A stretch of 63,943 nucleotides of DNA, filler included, from Collodictyon triciliatum (lineage: Eukaryota): assembly GCA_043381765.1 (NCBI GenBank). It is 9 parts of 9 records of this genome, joined end to end, with 100 filler letters (N's around TTAATTAATTAA, not from the genome) between each part and the next. Parts side by side here need not be neighbours in the genome. Positions count along the whole stretch, not along the records: positions 1 to 8,154 come from JBHJMP010003568.1; positions 8,255 to 16,406 come from JBHJMP010003569.1; positions 16,507 to 24,745 come from JBHJMP010003570.1; 6 more parts are not named here. One strand, 5' to 3'. Each line of letters opens with the position of its first letter. Within the stretch, counting starts at the first letter, position 1. Below the pieces are notes generated by a model. It was not told the DNA's origin. It made no database searches and saw only the letters and a list, made by a program, of their open reading frames with translations. A program made the translations under genes and the position numbers. Below, in pieces: positions 1-20,571 of this stretch.

Positions 1-3000
1 TGATGCAACAAGGAAGCTTATATGATGTCTTGCATTCCGAAAAATCAATTCCATTCGTACAAAGGCTACATTTTATGTCTGATATTGCCAAGGGTATTTT
101 ATTCTTGTTCATATAGTACTTTAACCACGTATTATTTTTATGATTTCAGTCCATTTAAAAACCATAATGCTAGGAATGAAATATTTGCACATGTCAAACC
201 CTCCTATCATTCATCGAGACTTGAAAAGTCTAAACATACTTGTAAGCCTCATATTCAGCTATTTGGAATTTATTTTCTCATTACTTTTTTCTTAAATCAT
301 AAAGGCTCACTATAAATTCAATATTTACTAGGTTGATGATAGGAGCAAACTCAAAGTCAGGTAAACATAATGATAATGACAGGGCAGGAATAATTTGCAA
401 TTGAAAGCTATGATAAAAAAATTTCGAATCCAATTAAATTGGCTTTGTAAAAACAGCGACTTTGGCCTCACAACATTCCAAGGCTCAAAAAAAATGGACG
501 AGAACATGGGAAGTCTCTTATGGCTTGCTCCAGAAGTTCTCGGAGGTGCAGAATACACAACTAGATCTGATGTGTTCAGCTTTGGAGTCATTATATGGGA
601 AATAATTGCAAGAAAGGACCCCTATTTTGACCTAGAAAGCGCTCTCGCCGTAACAAACCTAGTTTTGAATGCAAATCTTCGTCCAACAATACCATCAAAT
701 ACCTCTGAAGAATTAAGGAACTTGATGCACGAGCTATGGGCACAAGACCCCAGCCAAAGAATAACATTTTTGGAAGCGTCGAAAAAAATTAATGTAAGAA
801 TTCATTAATTTTTGTGTGTATATACGCACAATATTAATGCGATTTCTTTCTCTGTAGGACATGATAGAATCTTCTCGTATGTCATCACGTTCATCATTTC
901 ACGTATGAATCAATTTATCCATTTCTCACAAAACCTTCATTGTGTACCATAACTTCATGATTTTCAATATTTGTCTATTTTTACCCAGAGAATGATGGAT
1001 GGGACCTATGATGACTATCCTGATGGAGACGTTGCGGTTGTTTGCACTCGTGTGTATGGTTCAGAAACATTATGGGAAGAAATGCCTGATTCAATGAGTG
1101 ATGCTGTGATGCTCCACAACTCCGTCATAACAGACGTGCTTATTACTCTTTTCTCAAACTTTCTTATCTCTGAAATTATATTGTTCCATCATACCACAAT
1201 CAAAGAATGCAACTTCACATAATAACTCAATCAAAATTTCAAGTCATCAAGGAAATATCGTGGATATATCAGTCAGAATGATGGGGAATACTTTGTGATT
1301 GTATTTCAGGAGGCTTTTGATGCTTTCAAGTATTATCTTTCTAAATCGTAAAAATCGTATTTTTTCTAAAAATTACACTTTTATTAAATAAATAAATGAA
1401 ACAGGTTCTGCATGGAAGCCCAGCTAAATTTGAACGAGGCTGAATGGTCTCAGTCAATCTTAAAAAACAAACTCTGTGAGTCTGTTGCTAGCGGTGGATT
1501 GAGAGGACTGCGTGTGCAAATAGTAATCCATACATAGTTTCTCACTTTGTAAAAATAATTTCCGTTATTATTTCATGATATATAACTGAATCCTCAACTT
1601 TCGTGATTTGTACAGGGAGTGGACTACGGACTTTGTGAGGTAAAATATGACGAGCGAAACTCACGTAGAATATATCATGGAAAGGTATTTCTAAATTGTA
1701 ATTTATTCTTCATATCCAACTTTTATTATTTTTGTCAATCATTATATAATTCAATCCAAAATTCAGATTGTGTCAAAGTCTCTCAGACTGAGTAAAATTG
1801 CTCGTGGAGGACAAATCATCATAACGGAGAGCATCAAAGAGGTATATCATCGAAAATAAACGAAAATTTTTTTCACGTCCTATCAGGTATGTGAAATTTT
1901 ACTCTGCTCTTCTTTTTTCCATAATTTTCTGAAACAATGAAACAAAATAGGGCCTTGAAGAAAAACTGAAGATTGTCGAGTCGGAGAGTATTATCAGGAC
2001 AATACCAAAGCAAATATCAAAAGATAACCAAACAGAGTTATATGAAGTTAGTCAATATAAGTATTTATCACATAAACACACAATAATTCGAAAAATATTG
2101 TTTTGTAATCAAATAGATGTACCCAAAGAAGCTCTCGCAAAGGGAAGAATATTTTAGTCAGCAAAAATCTTTCAGTTTCTCACTTTCCAAGGAAAATGCA
2201 AGCAGCCACTTCTTTAACTGATGAAATTTTGATAACATAAATGCGAGCACATTTTAATTCATCTGAAGAATCTAACTCTAATGATAATCACTTATGATAA
2301 TACACCTCTGAAAAGCATTTTTTTATTTCGGTGAAATAATAGCAGATTCAAGAATCTGCACTAGAGAGTCTCCGTCCAAATGCGCCCATTCAAGGAGTTG
2401 AGGAACAAAGAGCTACATTCTTGAAGATTCCAGAAATTTTACCAGTCAAGCCAAATAATACTCCGAAAGAGACTAAATTATGTCTCCGTGAGAAGAAGGC
2501 GTGGGAAATTGACATCGCTGATGTGAATATGGAATCTAAATCCATCGGTTCAGGGTCTTATGGTTCCGTGTTTGTTGGAGAATATAAGGTAATCCTTTTA
2601 TGTTAAAAACATGTGAATTTTGGAAATACTGTACTTGTTTATGATACTAAATTTATAATGTTGTGGCATAAATTTCTAATGCCAATATTAATAATTAAAA
2701 AAAAGGGAATGAAAGTTGCTGTGAAGAAGATTTCAAACCAACGAGAAAATGAAAGTGTGATTGCATTTATGTCTGAAGTTTTGATGATAAGGTCTCATTA
2801 ATTATTTTTTTTAAAATAAAAATTCATGAAGTCCGTGCTTTTTAACCATTTTTCTTTCTTGAAACTCATATTTTGGTATTATTTATTGTGTGTATGTGTG
2901 TGTTTATGGAATAGGAAACTGGCACACCAGAACATCGTCAAGTTTATAGCAGCTTGCACGGATGTTCCAAACCTGGCAATTATCATGGAACTTGTAGAAC

Positions 3001-3853
3001 CTTGGAATCTTCGGCAACTTCTTCAAGATAGGACTGTTGCAATCAGCAAGAGAGAAAAGTTCTCCTTCGATTCATTATCATTCCCTCTCTGATTTTATTT
3101 ATTTACATATGTAACCCCTTGCAAAAACCTTTATTTCTCTGCTCCAGGATGAAAATAGTAAATGGAGTTATTGATGGGATGCATTACCTGCATTCTTCAT
3201 CGCCCGTCATCCTTCACCGAGACTTAAAATCATCAAACATCCTTGTTTGAATTTTTTCTTGAAAAATAATTACGACGACGAGACTATCTTGCATTTTATC
3301 AATATATTTTTAAAATGTATTTCACAATCTCATTTTAGTGATTTTCTTTCAGGTAAACGGAGAGTTTGAAGCCAAGATATGCGACTTTGGGTTTGCGCGC
3401 ATCAGGGCAAACAACCGCACGATGACTAAGTGTGGAACCCTCGCATACCAAGCACCCGAGGTTTTTTTATCTTAATTTGTGGATTTATAGTTTTCGATTG
3501 CGACCTGAATAGTGGTTCTGTATTAAACTGCCCAATATGTAAAGTTAATCACTTATCTGTAGATTATGAAAGGGGTTCGGTACAACGAAAAAGCAGACGT
3601 TTACAGCTTCGGCATTCTTGTGTGGGAAATCGAGAGCAGGGCGTCGCTTTATGAAGGCATGGACGTGATTCAGTTGCAAAGACACGTCTTGAGAGGGTTG
3701 CGACCCGATATAAAGGGTGGCATGGACGAGGTTCTCGTTGAGATGATGCGCAAGTGCTGGGATGCTAATGCAGAGCACCGACCGAGCTTTGAAGAACTTC
3801 GGTCACCAGGTCTTGATATCAAACGTGGACTTGCCATCGAAGATATCCAATAG
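1..3853 (+). CDS. Dual TKL-type Ser/Thr kinase with intervening degenerate class III nucleotide cyclase domain (multi-exon, 5' end outside the window)
   Basis: Manual GT-AG splicing gives kinase 1 (GSLYDVLH, IIHRDLKSLNIL, SDFG, WLAPE, SDVFSFG), a cyclase-like domain (PDGDVAVVCTRVYGSETLWE...LHNSVI, GLRVQIGVDYG, ARGGQII) and kinase 2 (IGSGSYGSV, VAVK, LHRDLKSSNIL, CDFG, CGTLAYQAPE, ADVYSFG). Stop TAG at 3851-3853. Confidence 0.93.
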
Positions 3854-5671
3854 CAATCAAAAAATAAAGAATAAAAGCAACGAGTGGAGAAATTTTAGAA
3901 TAACTGAAGTGTTTTTTATTCAATTATCCAATTAAGTGGAAGGGAGGGTTACTAGATTTGTACAGTCCGACAGTATTTATTTGCGCCTTGGTAGAATAGC
4001 TGGAGTGTATTAATTGGGCCTCGTGAATGAAAATTATCGATGTCGTTTATCTCGATTGTAAAAGATGATTCTGAACAAAAATTATTATTGCCGAAACTGA
4101 ATATCCATAACCTGCCACAAAACACGTAAGTTGTGAATAGGAGATGAGTGGAAACGAAGTCGCAAACCCGGTTGACGCGGAAAATCCAGAGTCTGTGGGC
4201 GATCGTGAGTCTCTCGACCGCGCTTCTACCAGAATTAATAATGATTTTTATACTTTTTCAATTTGAATAATTTGGAAAAAGACCCTTGCAAATCTCCTTT
4301 TCCTGAGAAAATGAAGACTCAAAAATAATGTTTATTTTAATGGACGAATCGAACTTGAACAATTTCAGTCCAAATCTTTGCTTCTCCATTTTTATTGTTT
4401 TGATAAATATGCTCCATCTGTTCTGCTATTTTTTCCCACGGCATTAATTGTTCCTTTCATGGAGAGTGAATTAAGGGAACACTGAGTGCCTGTATTGCAT
4501 TAGCAGAATATATTAAGTGGCTCGGATGGTACAATGACCTATGATTTCTCACCATCTAAACATGGTTATGCACTATTAATTTAAAATCATGATATTACGT
4601 TCGAAGATTACTCTAAGCAAAACTGAATTAGAAATTTTTTTAATCTCAATTATTTTCCTCCAAAACATAATCATTACGAATATTGACCAACTACGGCAAG
4701 ATTTGTCCGTTAAGAAGAGAAAGAATGTCTCACTTTTCGATGTTCTCTTTCAAAAAATTTAATTCATTTTAACGAACGTCATTCTCTCGTTTGCTATTTA
4801 TCATCAATCACCCCTTCATATGTTTAAAAAGAATAAAGGGGATATTAAGGCAAGCCATTTGATATTGGTACAAAGTTCAGCAATTACATCTTTGAAAAGA
4901 TGCATAATAAATCGTGTGAACTCAATAATGGATGACTATATTCAATAGACAGAGTCTATGGAGATATTTCTCATCAAATATTTAACAATTCATATTTCAG
5001 GAATTTTCACACCGGATGTCGCATAAATCGAGCTCTTGTAGGTTTTTGTTCGATGCTAGAAATTTTTTCTTTTCCTTTTTTATCTTGTAAAGATAGTAAA
5101 CTTCCATGCCAGTTTTTTTTTCAGAAGTGGAATCAACAAAAATATTTTCTTCGTATGAACAATTGGATGGAACCAATATTTCATAATTTACCAATATAGT
5201 CTGGGCAGCCCACTGTCACTTTCATGCATTTTTTTCTATAATATTAGAAAATTGCCTGTGATAATAATGGAATGTTACAAAATACGGCCTCAATAGTGAT
5301 TTTTATTTAATAGAATATATAATCATGGTTATTTTTTTTAAATCAACATTACATAAAAATTCGGCCGCATCACAGAGAGTAAAAGAGCGGGCGTGGCTGA
5401 GAGCTCTTCATGGCAACAACCGAAGCGGTTTGCGTAAAGAAACATAATTAATTATTAAGTCCGATTAAGAGAAATGATTCTTTAAAGGATACCCCGGAAT
5501 AGCACATCGATGATTGGAAAGCCAGTCCGCATGATTCTGAAGGGCACCCACCACAAATCGGACTTCTAGTGCGAACTGAAGTTTTGTGCTCATCAGCCAT
5601 AAATCCGTTTCATGATACCTAATTTATTTTTTAAAGGTGGAAAATAAAAATGCGCAATTGGTTTCTTGTAG

Positions 5672-8091
5672 AATGTGTCATTTTGGTCAGTGTTTCGTTT
5701 GACAGCCAACGGAATATGGATATATGTGGAACTCTATATGGTCTGTGGGCGGCTTCTTGGCGGTCGTCCTTTGATTAATTCCTGGCTGTGCGATCTGTCT
5801 TGGAGGCGGAATCCACGACATGGCTGAAACACACGTACTTGAAAACTCAAGAGGATTATCCTAACCCTTGGACGGGTGGGGTTGTCAAGGCTCTTCTTTT
5901 TTTCTTCTTTTTTTTCTTCTTTTTTCTTCTTTTTTCTTCTTTTTTTCTTCTTTTTTTCTTCTTTTTTTCTTCTTTTTTTCTTCTTTTTTTCTTCTTTTTT
6001 TCGTCTTTTTTTCTTCTTTTTTCTTCTTTTTTCAGCGCGATCATAAGTGGATCACTATCAGGGATTTGCAGGATTGTTTGCACTGCCAGCGAAACCAAAT
6101 GGAGGACGTTTACCGCTCGTGGGACTTTCTGAAGATCGACGATCCAAGCACACTAACGCCTCAGCCGCTGCGCTTTTCGCGACGTCCCGGCCCCGATTTT
6201 TCTCGTCGAACTGAGGCTGCTCCCGCTCCTGCCATCGTATTGCCTCGTTTTATTGTATTTTATTTTATTTTATTATACTCAATACATGCTATATTTCTGT
6301 GGTGAGTTTCTATTCCGTGCTTTTGTATGTCATATTATTTATACTATTGTTTTATATCTTAATATTATATATTCTGTTTTTGCAATTTTTTCCATTATGA
6401 TAATGTTCGTGTCCTTGACTTTGTTTTTGTTTTTGTTTTTGGTTTAACATTTCCTTAAAATCATATGCTCATCTGCCTTTTCTTTTCTTTTTCTCGTATT
6501 TTGTGAATGGGCTACAGTAACATATCTAACTTTAATGCAACGATTCTGACTATCGTACGCCTCAGCAACGCCGAGCAATACACGTGGAAGCAGCAGAGAT
6601 TCTTCCTGAACTGCCTGTAACTGCGCGCACACGTCCTCCGAACCATGTTGACACTTTTAAGAATGTCGAAGAATTCGGTTATGGAAAATGGAGTGTTGGT
6701 TTCCATCCCTTTTTGCTCACGTCTCATTATTATCTTTATAGACTTTACAAAATTTACAATGTTGTCATCATTTATATATTAATATTAATATATAAATGAT
6801 GACAAAAGTCCGGTAGAAATCAACCTTTTTTTTTTAACAAAGGAAGAAAGTATGTTATCTTAATAAATCTTGATTGTAGGACGATGGGAAACAGAACAGA
6901 CCCGGCTCTGCTCCATTTCACAAAATCCCATACAGTCCGTCGAAACGTCGTGGGTATGATATTGGAAAATCAAGGCAAGATGTACTTCAGGTTTGTGTCT
7001 TCTTTTTCTTCTTTTCTTTTCTTTTCTTTTCTTTTCTTTTCTTTTCTTTTCTTTTCTTTTCTTTTCTTTTCTTTTCTTTTCTTTTCTTTTCTTTTCTTTT
7101 TTCGCCTTCGATTTGCAATTACCCTGGAATGTTTTTGACATCCTCAAATATGGTTTAGGAAGAGCTAAGGAAAGACACAGGCAAGGATTACTATCAAGTG
7201 CTATCAATTCTAGAAATGGGTTTGAATACCCGCGATACTGGAAGGAGACATGTGCGCATTACGATTTAAACCCCTCTTGTTAATTTGATCTTTTTAGTCT
7301 CGTTTAAGAATCAGGAGTCATTTTTTCGATTCATGTCAACTACATGATTATTGTATCGAATTTATGATAACTTTTTTGTCTAAGCCAGTCTTTTATTTTC
7401 ATGGCCACCTGATGCAGTATTTAAACAGACCCTTGTTAATTGCCAGGTCCAATCACCTCGTGCACTGGTGAGAGGGCATGATTTTCTTTACAATCACGAC
7501 GTTGTAATGAGAAACCCCGCACCGGTTCCACCGACCTTTCCTCGTGAAGGCCTTGACGAACATCCACCAGAACATATAATTGCATTTCAAAGTAATAGCC
7601 ACTTCATTTATTCATCCCAGAGCTTTATAGATTAAAGGCTGTCTTGTAATGTAGCACCTCGGGAGAAGGCTTACCATGAAGCTGTTTTTGTTAATCAACG
7701 AGAAATCAGCAGCAACCTTGAAGAGGAAAAATTGGAATTTAGGTTCACTTATTTCTCATTCTTGACTATTTGTATTCCCTTCTGCCTGTTTGGTAGTTTT
7801 GCTCTTATATTTATGCTCTACGTTACATATGTAATGTCCTAGTGAAACAATATAATTTCGCAATTATTCAAAAAAAGTTGAATCTCAAGCTATCTAATCC
7901 CTTAATAAGGATGACAAATTTTCTCATCTCAAATCTAAAGCATATTTCTTACCTTTATAAGGCGAATGCAAGCTTTAGAAAAGAAGGACATTCATGAAGC
8001 TCAATACGGAAATGTAATGGATTTGAAAATACCCCCAAATGAAGTACAAATCCGCATTCCCAAACGGCCCAAAGCACCCAAACCGCTTAAC
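5672..8091 (+). pseudogene. Multi-exon gene of unknown function; 5' part appears disrupted; truncated by contig end
   Basis: GC-richer exon-like blocks separated by AT-rich introns. The 3' exons (7447-8091) splice cleanly in frame (VQSPRALVRGHDFLY...KRPKAPKPLN). Upstream blocks carry an in-frame TAA (~5776) and lack usable acceptors (~6535, ~7110). Confidence 0.4.
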
Positions 8092-8154
8092 GTATGCTAA
8101 TTTTAATTAGAATCTGTATTGAGAATGGCAAGCACATATCCATATTCTCTGCTC

Positions 8155-8254
8155 NNNNNNNNNNNNNNNNNNNNNNNNNNNNNNNNNNNNNNNNNNNNTT
8201 AATTAATTAANNNNNNNNNNNNNNNNNNNNNNNNNNNNNNNNNNNNNNNNNNNN
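8155..8254. other. Artificial contig-joining spacer (44N-TTAATTAATTAA-44N); also at 16407-16506, 24746-24845, 32991-33090, 41234-41333, 49471-49570, 57681-57780, 62170-62269
   Basis: Identical 100-bp spacer with stop codons in all six frames; genes are cut at these points. Confidence 0.98.
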
Positions 8255-8333
<79 letters not shown>

Positions 8334-8347
8334 TCTCTCTCTCTCTC
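8255..8347 (+). repeat. (CT)n microsatellite at contig start, within an intron
   Basis: Direct dinucleotide run ending just before the acceptor at 8360. Confidence 0.95.
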
Positions 8348-8360
8348 ATTTCTCTACTAG

Positions 8361-16184
<7,824 letters not shown>

Positions 16185-16306
16185 GTAATCGATATATGAA
16201 TAATTATTTTTTTTTATTGAAATGAACAATTAGCTTTTTTAGTTTCAAAAGTATTACCCAAATATGTGAAAAATGAAGTAAATTATATGTGTCTGTACGA
16301 TAATTA

Positions 16307-16406
16307 TACTCTTTTTACTCTTTTTACTCTTTTTACTCTTTTTACTCTTTTTACTCTTTTTACTCTTTTTACTCTTTTTACTCTTTTTACTCTTTTTACT
16401 CTTTTT
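16307..16406 (+). repeat. (TACTCTTTT)n tandem repeat at contig end; related 8-bp unit at ~52300-52410
   Basis: Direct tandem repeat. Confidence 0.9.
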
Positions 16407-16506
16407 NNNNNNNNNNNNNNNNNNNNNNNNNNNNNNNNNNNNNNNNNNNNTTAATTAATTAANNNNNNNNNNNNNNNNNNNNNNNNNNNNNNNNNNNNNN
16501 NNNNNN

Positions 16507-17420
16507 GGCTTGAGGAGGTTGGAAATCTTGGAGGTTATCGATGTTTCCTCCACTTTGAAGCCATTTCACTATTTCTACTGCTTTCTCTGTGTTCATTGGT
16601 GAACTTGATGAAGCACTTTCGGGAAAATCGCCTGGTGTTTCGTCCATCATTTCGATATCCATTTCTTGATTTTGGGGCCATTCCTGCACCTTTGTCTTGA
16701 TTGATACTTAGAGCACTTCATCCACGGATGTCTTGTCACGATTTCTCCCTCTGACATTAGAGGACGACGCGTGTTGCCTTTGGCCTTGTTTGTGGGCTCT
16801 GGGCTTGTTTTGCACAGACGATTCCTGCACGGTTGGCCAGTCTTTAGCGCTGAAGTCGGCTACTTTTGTTTTGGAGCCCGAGAAGCGAGTGGCGGTGTTT
16901 TGTTTGTTGGGCCGCTTGATTGGTGGAAATCGGCTTGGCAGCAGCTGTTTTTTGTGGCTTGACATTGTGGTTTGTGGTTTGACCTTTTTTGTCATACCCT
17001 TCTTTGTTGAGGAGAGTTGATGGGATGTCAGACTCTTTGAGGGCGCGTATCTCCACACAACAGCGTCTATCATGAATGACGACAAAGTGAGGTATTTTCC
17101 TCCATTTTTTCCTGTTCTTCGTCAAATGTAACGAGTGCATCATTCATGCATATTACTCCAGGCTTGGTCCAGTTGACTTTGATTGGGGTGAAGTATTCGC
17201 TGCAGGCTTCGAAAATGTCAGTCCAGTTTACCCCCAGCGGTATGTTAGACAGGTGCGCAACCTTTGTGACACTTTTTGCTGGAATGGGAGTGTATTGGTG
17301 ATTGAGGACAAGTAATGGCTTGCAAATAATATTTTGGCCTCCTTTTCTCACTCTCAAGAATCCAAATTGGAGGCTCCCTTGTATTATAAATCCAATATTC
17401 AACAACAATATTTTCTATGG
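16507..17420 (-). mobile_element. Degenerate non-LTR retrotransposon ORF1-like relic
   Basis: Intronless and GC-richer. An RRM-like segment (KVAHLSNIPLGVNWTDIFEACSEYF...NDALVTFDE) continues through frameshifts into KIPHFVVI/DAVVWRY and a basic low-complexity tail with an in-frame stop at 16708. Family assignment is by resemblance only. Confidence 0.45.
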
Positions 17421-18591
17421 ATTGAAAATAGACAATATAGAACCGTTCATATTGCATATATTAACAAAAGAAAATAAGAGTGTTTGGTGCTACGGTATCA
17501 TCACGCTTTTCCTTGATATCTCTCGATGGCAGCATATGTGAGGTTACAATAATGACCGGAAGTCTGTGCAGCTATTTTACTATTCCTCTCTGCTGTTAAT
17601 TGTTGAGAAAGTCTTCATGTGGAAAACATACATAAATTTCATTTAAAAGAACATTTCCCTAAATGCTTGTACAACACAACCATAATATTAATAATTATTT
17701 ATGCGCTACTGAGCTGTAGATAATATCAAATGACAGCGTAAGTGCAACAGACACATATGATATAAATATTACAAATATCCACCGTTTTCTTAAACACGTA
17801 TGAGCCTCGCTTTTTATGGAGATTTTCGCCACAATCTAAGCTCGAGATTCACATCTCACATGTCACAAATATATGTGGGTTGCTATACTCAAGTATTCAC
17901 GAATTAATTTTCAGGCAATTTTGATAGTGTTTTCTATGCCTATTACGATAAATTTCGTTTTAAAAGATATTAGAGAAATCATTGCGTGAGAAACTTTGTT
18001 GAATTTTTAGTCGAATTTTTCTTCCAAGTAATTTTTTTAGCACTTAATAGAATTTCTAATGACGTAATAAATTACCTTTGCACTGTGTAAACGTATATAA
18101 AGACGAATGGCCTTGAATAATCAAAACACTAGTTTCTGATGTCTTGCAAGCGAAAGGCGTTTTTTTTTAAAAAAATGAATAATTTTTTAAAATTACGCAG
18201 CAAAAACTTAGCAGCATTATTATTTGACTTTGGTGAAATGGATTAGACATCAAAATAAAATAAATTTCTGCTCCAGTTTCTTGCAATAAAAAACAAAAAG
18301 AATATACTTAATTATGACATACAATATAAACATCGGTAAGACTTTAATTGATCGCCCCTAGCATCTGAATTACCTATAACTAAACATAAAATCAAGTTCT
18401 ATTAAATTTGAATAGTCAGGGACAAGCTTGAACCAACTCAAAATGTGTGAATAAATATTGAAAAATACATAGATTTCCCTCATAAAAAAGACATGATAAT
18501 GGAATAGATAGTGTTAGAAATAAATTAAAATTCAAAAATTTATTTAAAATTAGGCCAGGCAAAATTTAAAAACACACAAAAAGGGACAAGG

Positions 18592-19005
18592 ATGGATAAA
18601 ATTATATGCCAGCACTGCAATAAGGAGCTTTCGTCCAAAAGAAATCTTGAATTACATCTGAACGTATGCAAGCTCAACCCGCAGCGCCACCGGATTATAT
18701 TTCTCTGTTCTTCATGCCCGCAATGGCGAGGATTTTCAAAGCAAGCTCGCACAGAGCATAAGAAATCAAAAAAGCATTATGAAAATGCAATATCTACTTC
18801 AAGAATAGAAACGAAGTTCTCAAATCTTTCATATACATCACAAATGTACAAAAAAAATTTACAGGAATTCACACCCGAATATGTCCCTCGTCCTTTCAAT
18901 TATTTGGATATCGTACTTGCTCCGTCCTTACCATCTACTGACAACGTTGGAGAAGACTATTCAACCATAACAGATACTACCAACTACACGCACACAGCCA
19001 ATTGA
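18592..19005 (+). CDS. Small intronless C2H2/C2HC zinc-finger protein (137 aa)
   Basis: CQHCNKELSSKRNLELHLNVC and CSSC...HKKSKKH motifs. Confidence 0.7.
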   Translation: MDKIICQHCNKELSSKRNLELHLNVCKLNPQRHRIIFLCSSCPQWRGFSKQARTEHKKSKKHYENAISTSRIETKFSNLSYTSQMYKKNLQEFTPEYVPRPFNYLDIVLAPSLPSTDNVGEDYSTITDTTNYTHTAN

Positions 19006-19839
19006 ACTGTGTAAAATTTCAGCGCTTTTCATTCAATCTTTACGCTTCTTTAGATTATTCGGCCTCTTTTATAAGAATTCCAACTCAGTATATACTTTGA
19101 TTAAAAATGAATAAAATCTCAAATTTTAATAGATACGATGAACTCGTAATGTGATTCAAACCACTCTTTCAAATGAAAAATATGATTTTTGCAATATAAT
19201 TAAATATAAACTTCATCTATTATTCCATATTTATGGTATTTGTCAGGATTAATTTTCTTATTAACACATGTTAAGATTGGCGTTATTTATTCTGCTGTCA
19301 ATTATATAATTGAATGCCAATTACAAGATTTGAATCGGATTAAGATTTTTCGGGTTGCTAAAATATCAAGTGAAAATAATCAAGGCCATCCATTATTTTG
19401 ATGCTACCTAAAAATTACCAACTGAATCTATTTTAGATCAATTTATATACGTATGCCATATAATGGAAGTTATCTTTTCAATAAAAAAATTCAGTATTGA
19501 CTTGGTTTTATGTTTTGGATTGTATCAGCAATCTATTATATATTGGTGGGCAATCAAAACAATGCCAGTGGGCATTTAGAACCCTAACCTCATGGCCAAT
19601 AATTATACAAATATTCAAAACGAATCTAAAAAAGACTATAATCATATATTAGCGGAATTATAGATGGCGATTGCATATGATTTTTTAAGTACTTTCGAAA
19701 AGTTGTGTGTTAGTTAACCCAGGGTTATTTGAAATATGATTATCTAAATGACTTCAATCAAAATGAAATTATAACAGAGAAATTTAAAAATTAGGATGCC
19801 ACTAGACAAACTTATGATTTATTACATGTGATAGTATAT

Positions 19840-20571
19840 AGAAATAAGCTCATCCATACCTTAGCAATCGAATTGGTTGATAGCGATGCCGCCATTTTTT
19901 CAAAATGACTCTCATAGGCATTGGTGGAATTGGAAAATTTTGTGATAATAACACCTGACTCCGCAATTATCGATGGCCATGGCGTACTCCAAGCTGTTTT
20001 GATATAAAATCATCAGTCCGAAGCCCTACAAACCGGAGAAAATGAGTCGTTGGGTCGATGCTATAGGCATTATAGACCAGTCGATAGTCAAAAGCTGGAA
20101 GCAACCCGTATACCTCAGCTACTCCCGAAACACCGCGCCCTACTTCTCAATATCTCCAACAGAGAGCTGTGGATAGGTGTACGTGTAATTCATTCAATAA
20201 TCTCTTCCGAAAATACCATGTGCCACAGTGGAAATGACTCTATCACACAAACTTATTAAGTGCTCTCTTGCTCAAAAAGTGACAGCATTCACTCATAACA
20301 TGCTCTCGAGCTTGATTGTGCCCCCAACCGACTCAGCGTGTCTGACATCCTGTTTGGCGCACAACACCAAATGACCTATGACTCTAGAATACTCTGGACA
20401 GTCACAAGGGGACATATGCCGCGATGTGAATCTTTCATGTATTCTCGTGGTCATATTAAATTTCTTCGGAATCTGGTGCAACACAATGACTGCTCGTTTG
20501 AAATAAAATTTCACAGATATTGTGGAATTTATTACTCAATATTATATAGTAATAAATTCCACAGATATTGA
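19840..20571 (+). pseudogene. Stop-interrupted single reading frame, possibly the C-terminal end of a LINE ORF2
   Basis: ORFs 20050 and 20338 and the upstream sequence share one frame broken by 5 stops and no frameshift. LLPKHRALL...SVSDILFG...ILWTVTR loosely resembles the post-RT Cys-rich region. Confidence 0.35.

Noticed and set aside
4141-4266. GC-rich patch considered as a hammerhead ribozyme/snoRNA or a short ORF (MSGNEVANPVD...)
   Set aside because: No complete ribozyme core or C/D boxes could be identified, and the ORF is only 40 codons with no supported continuation.
5770-5790. In-frame TAA suggesting stop-codon reassignment
   Set aside because: Conserved genes show no internal stops and terminate at TAA (adhesin, BROX), TAG (kinase, VAMP7, AMACR) and TGA (OPT), so the code is standard.
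8199-8210. Recurring TTAATTAATTAA palindrome about every 8.2 kb
   Set aside because: Always centred in a fixed 100-bp N spacer; an assembly concatenation artefact.
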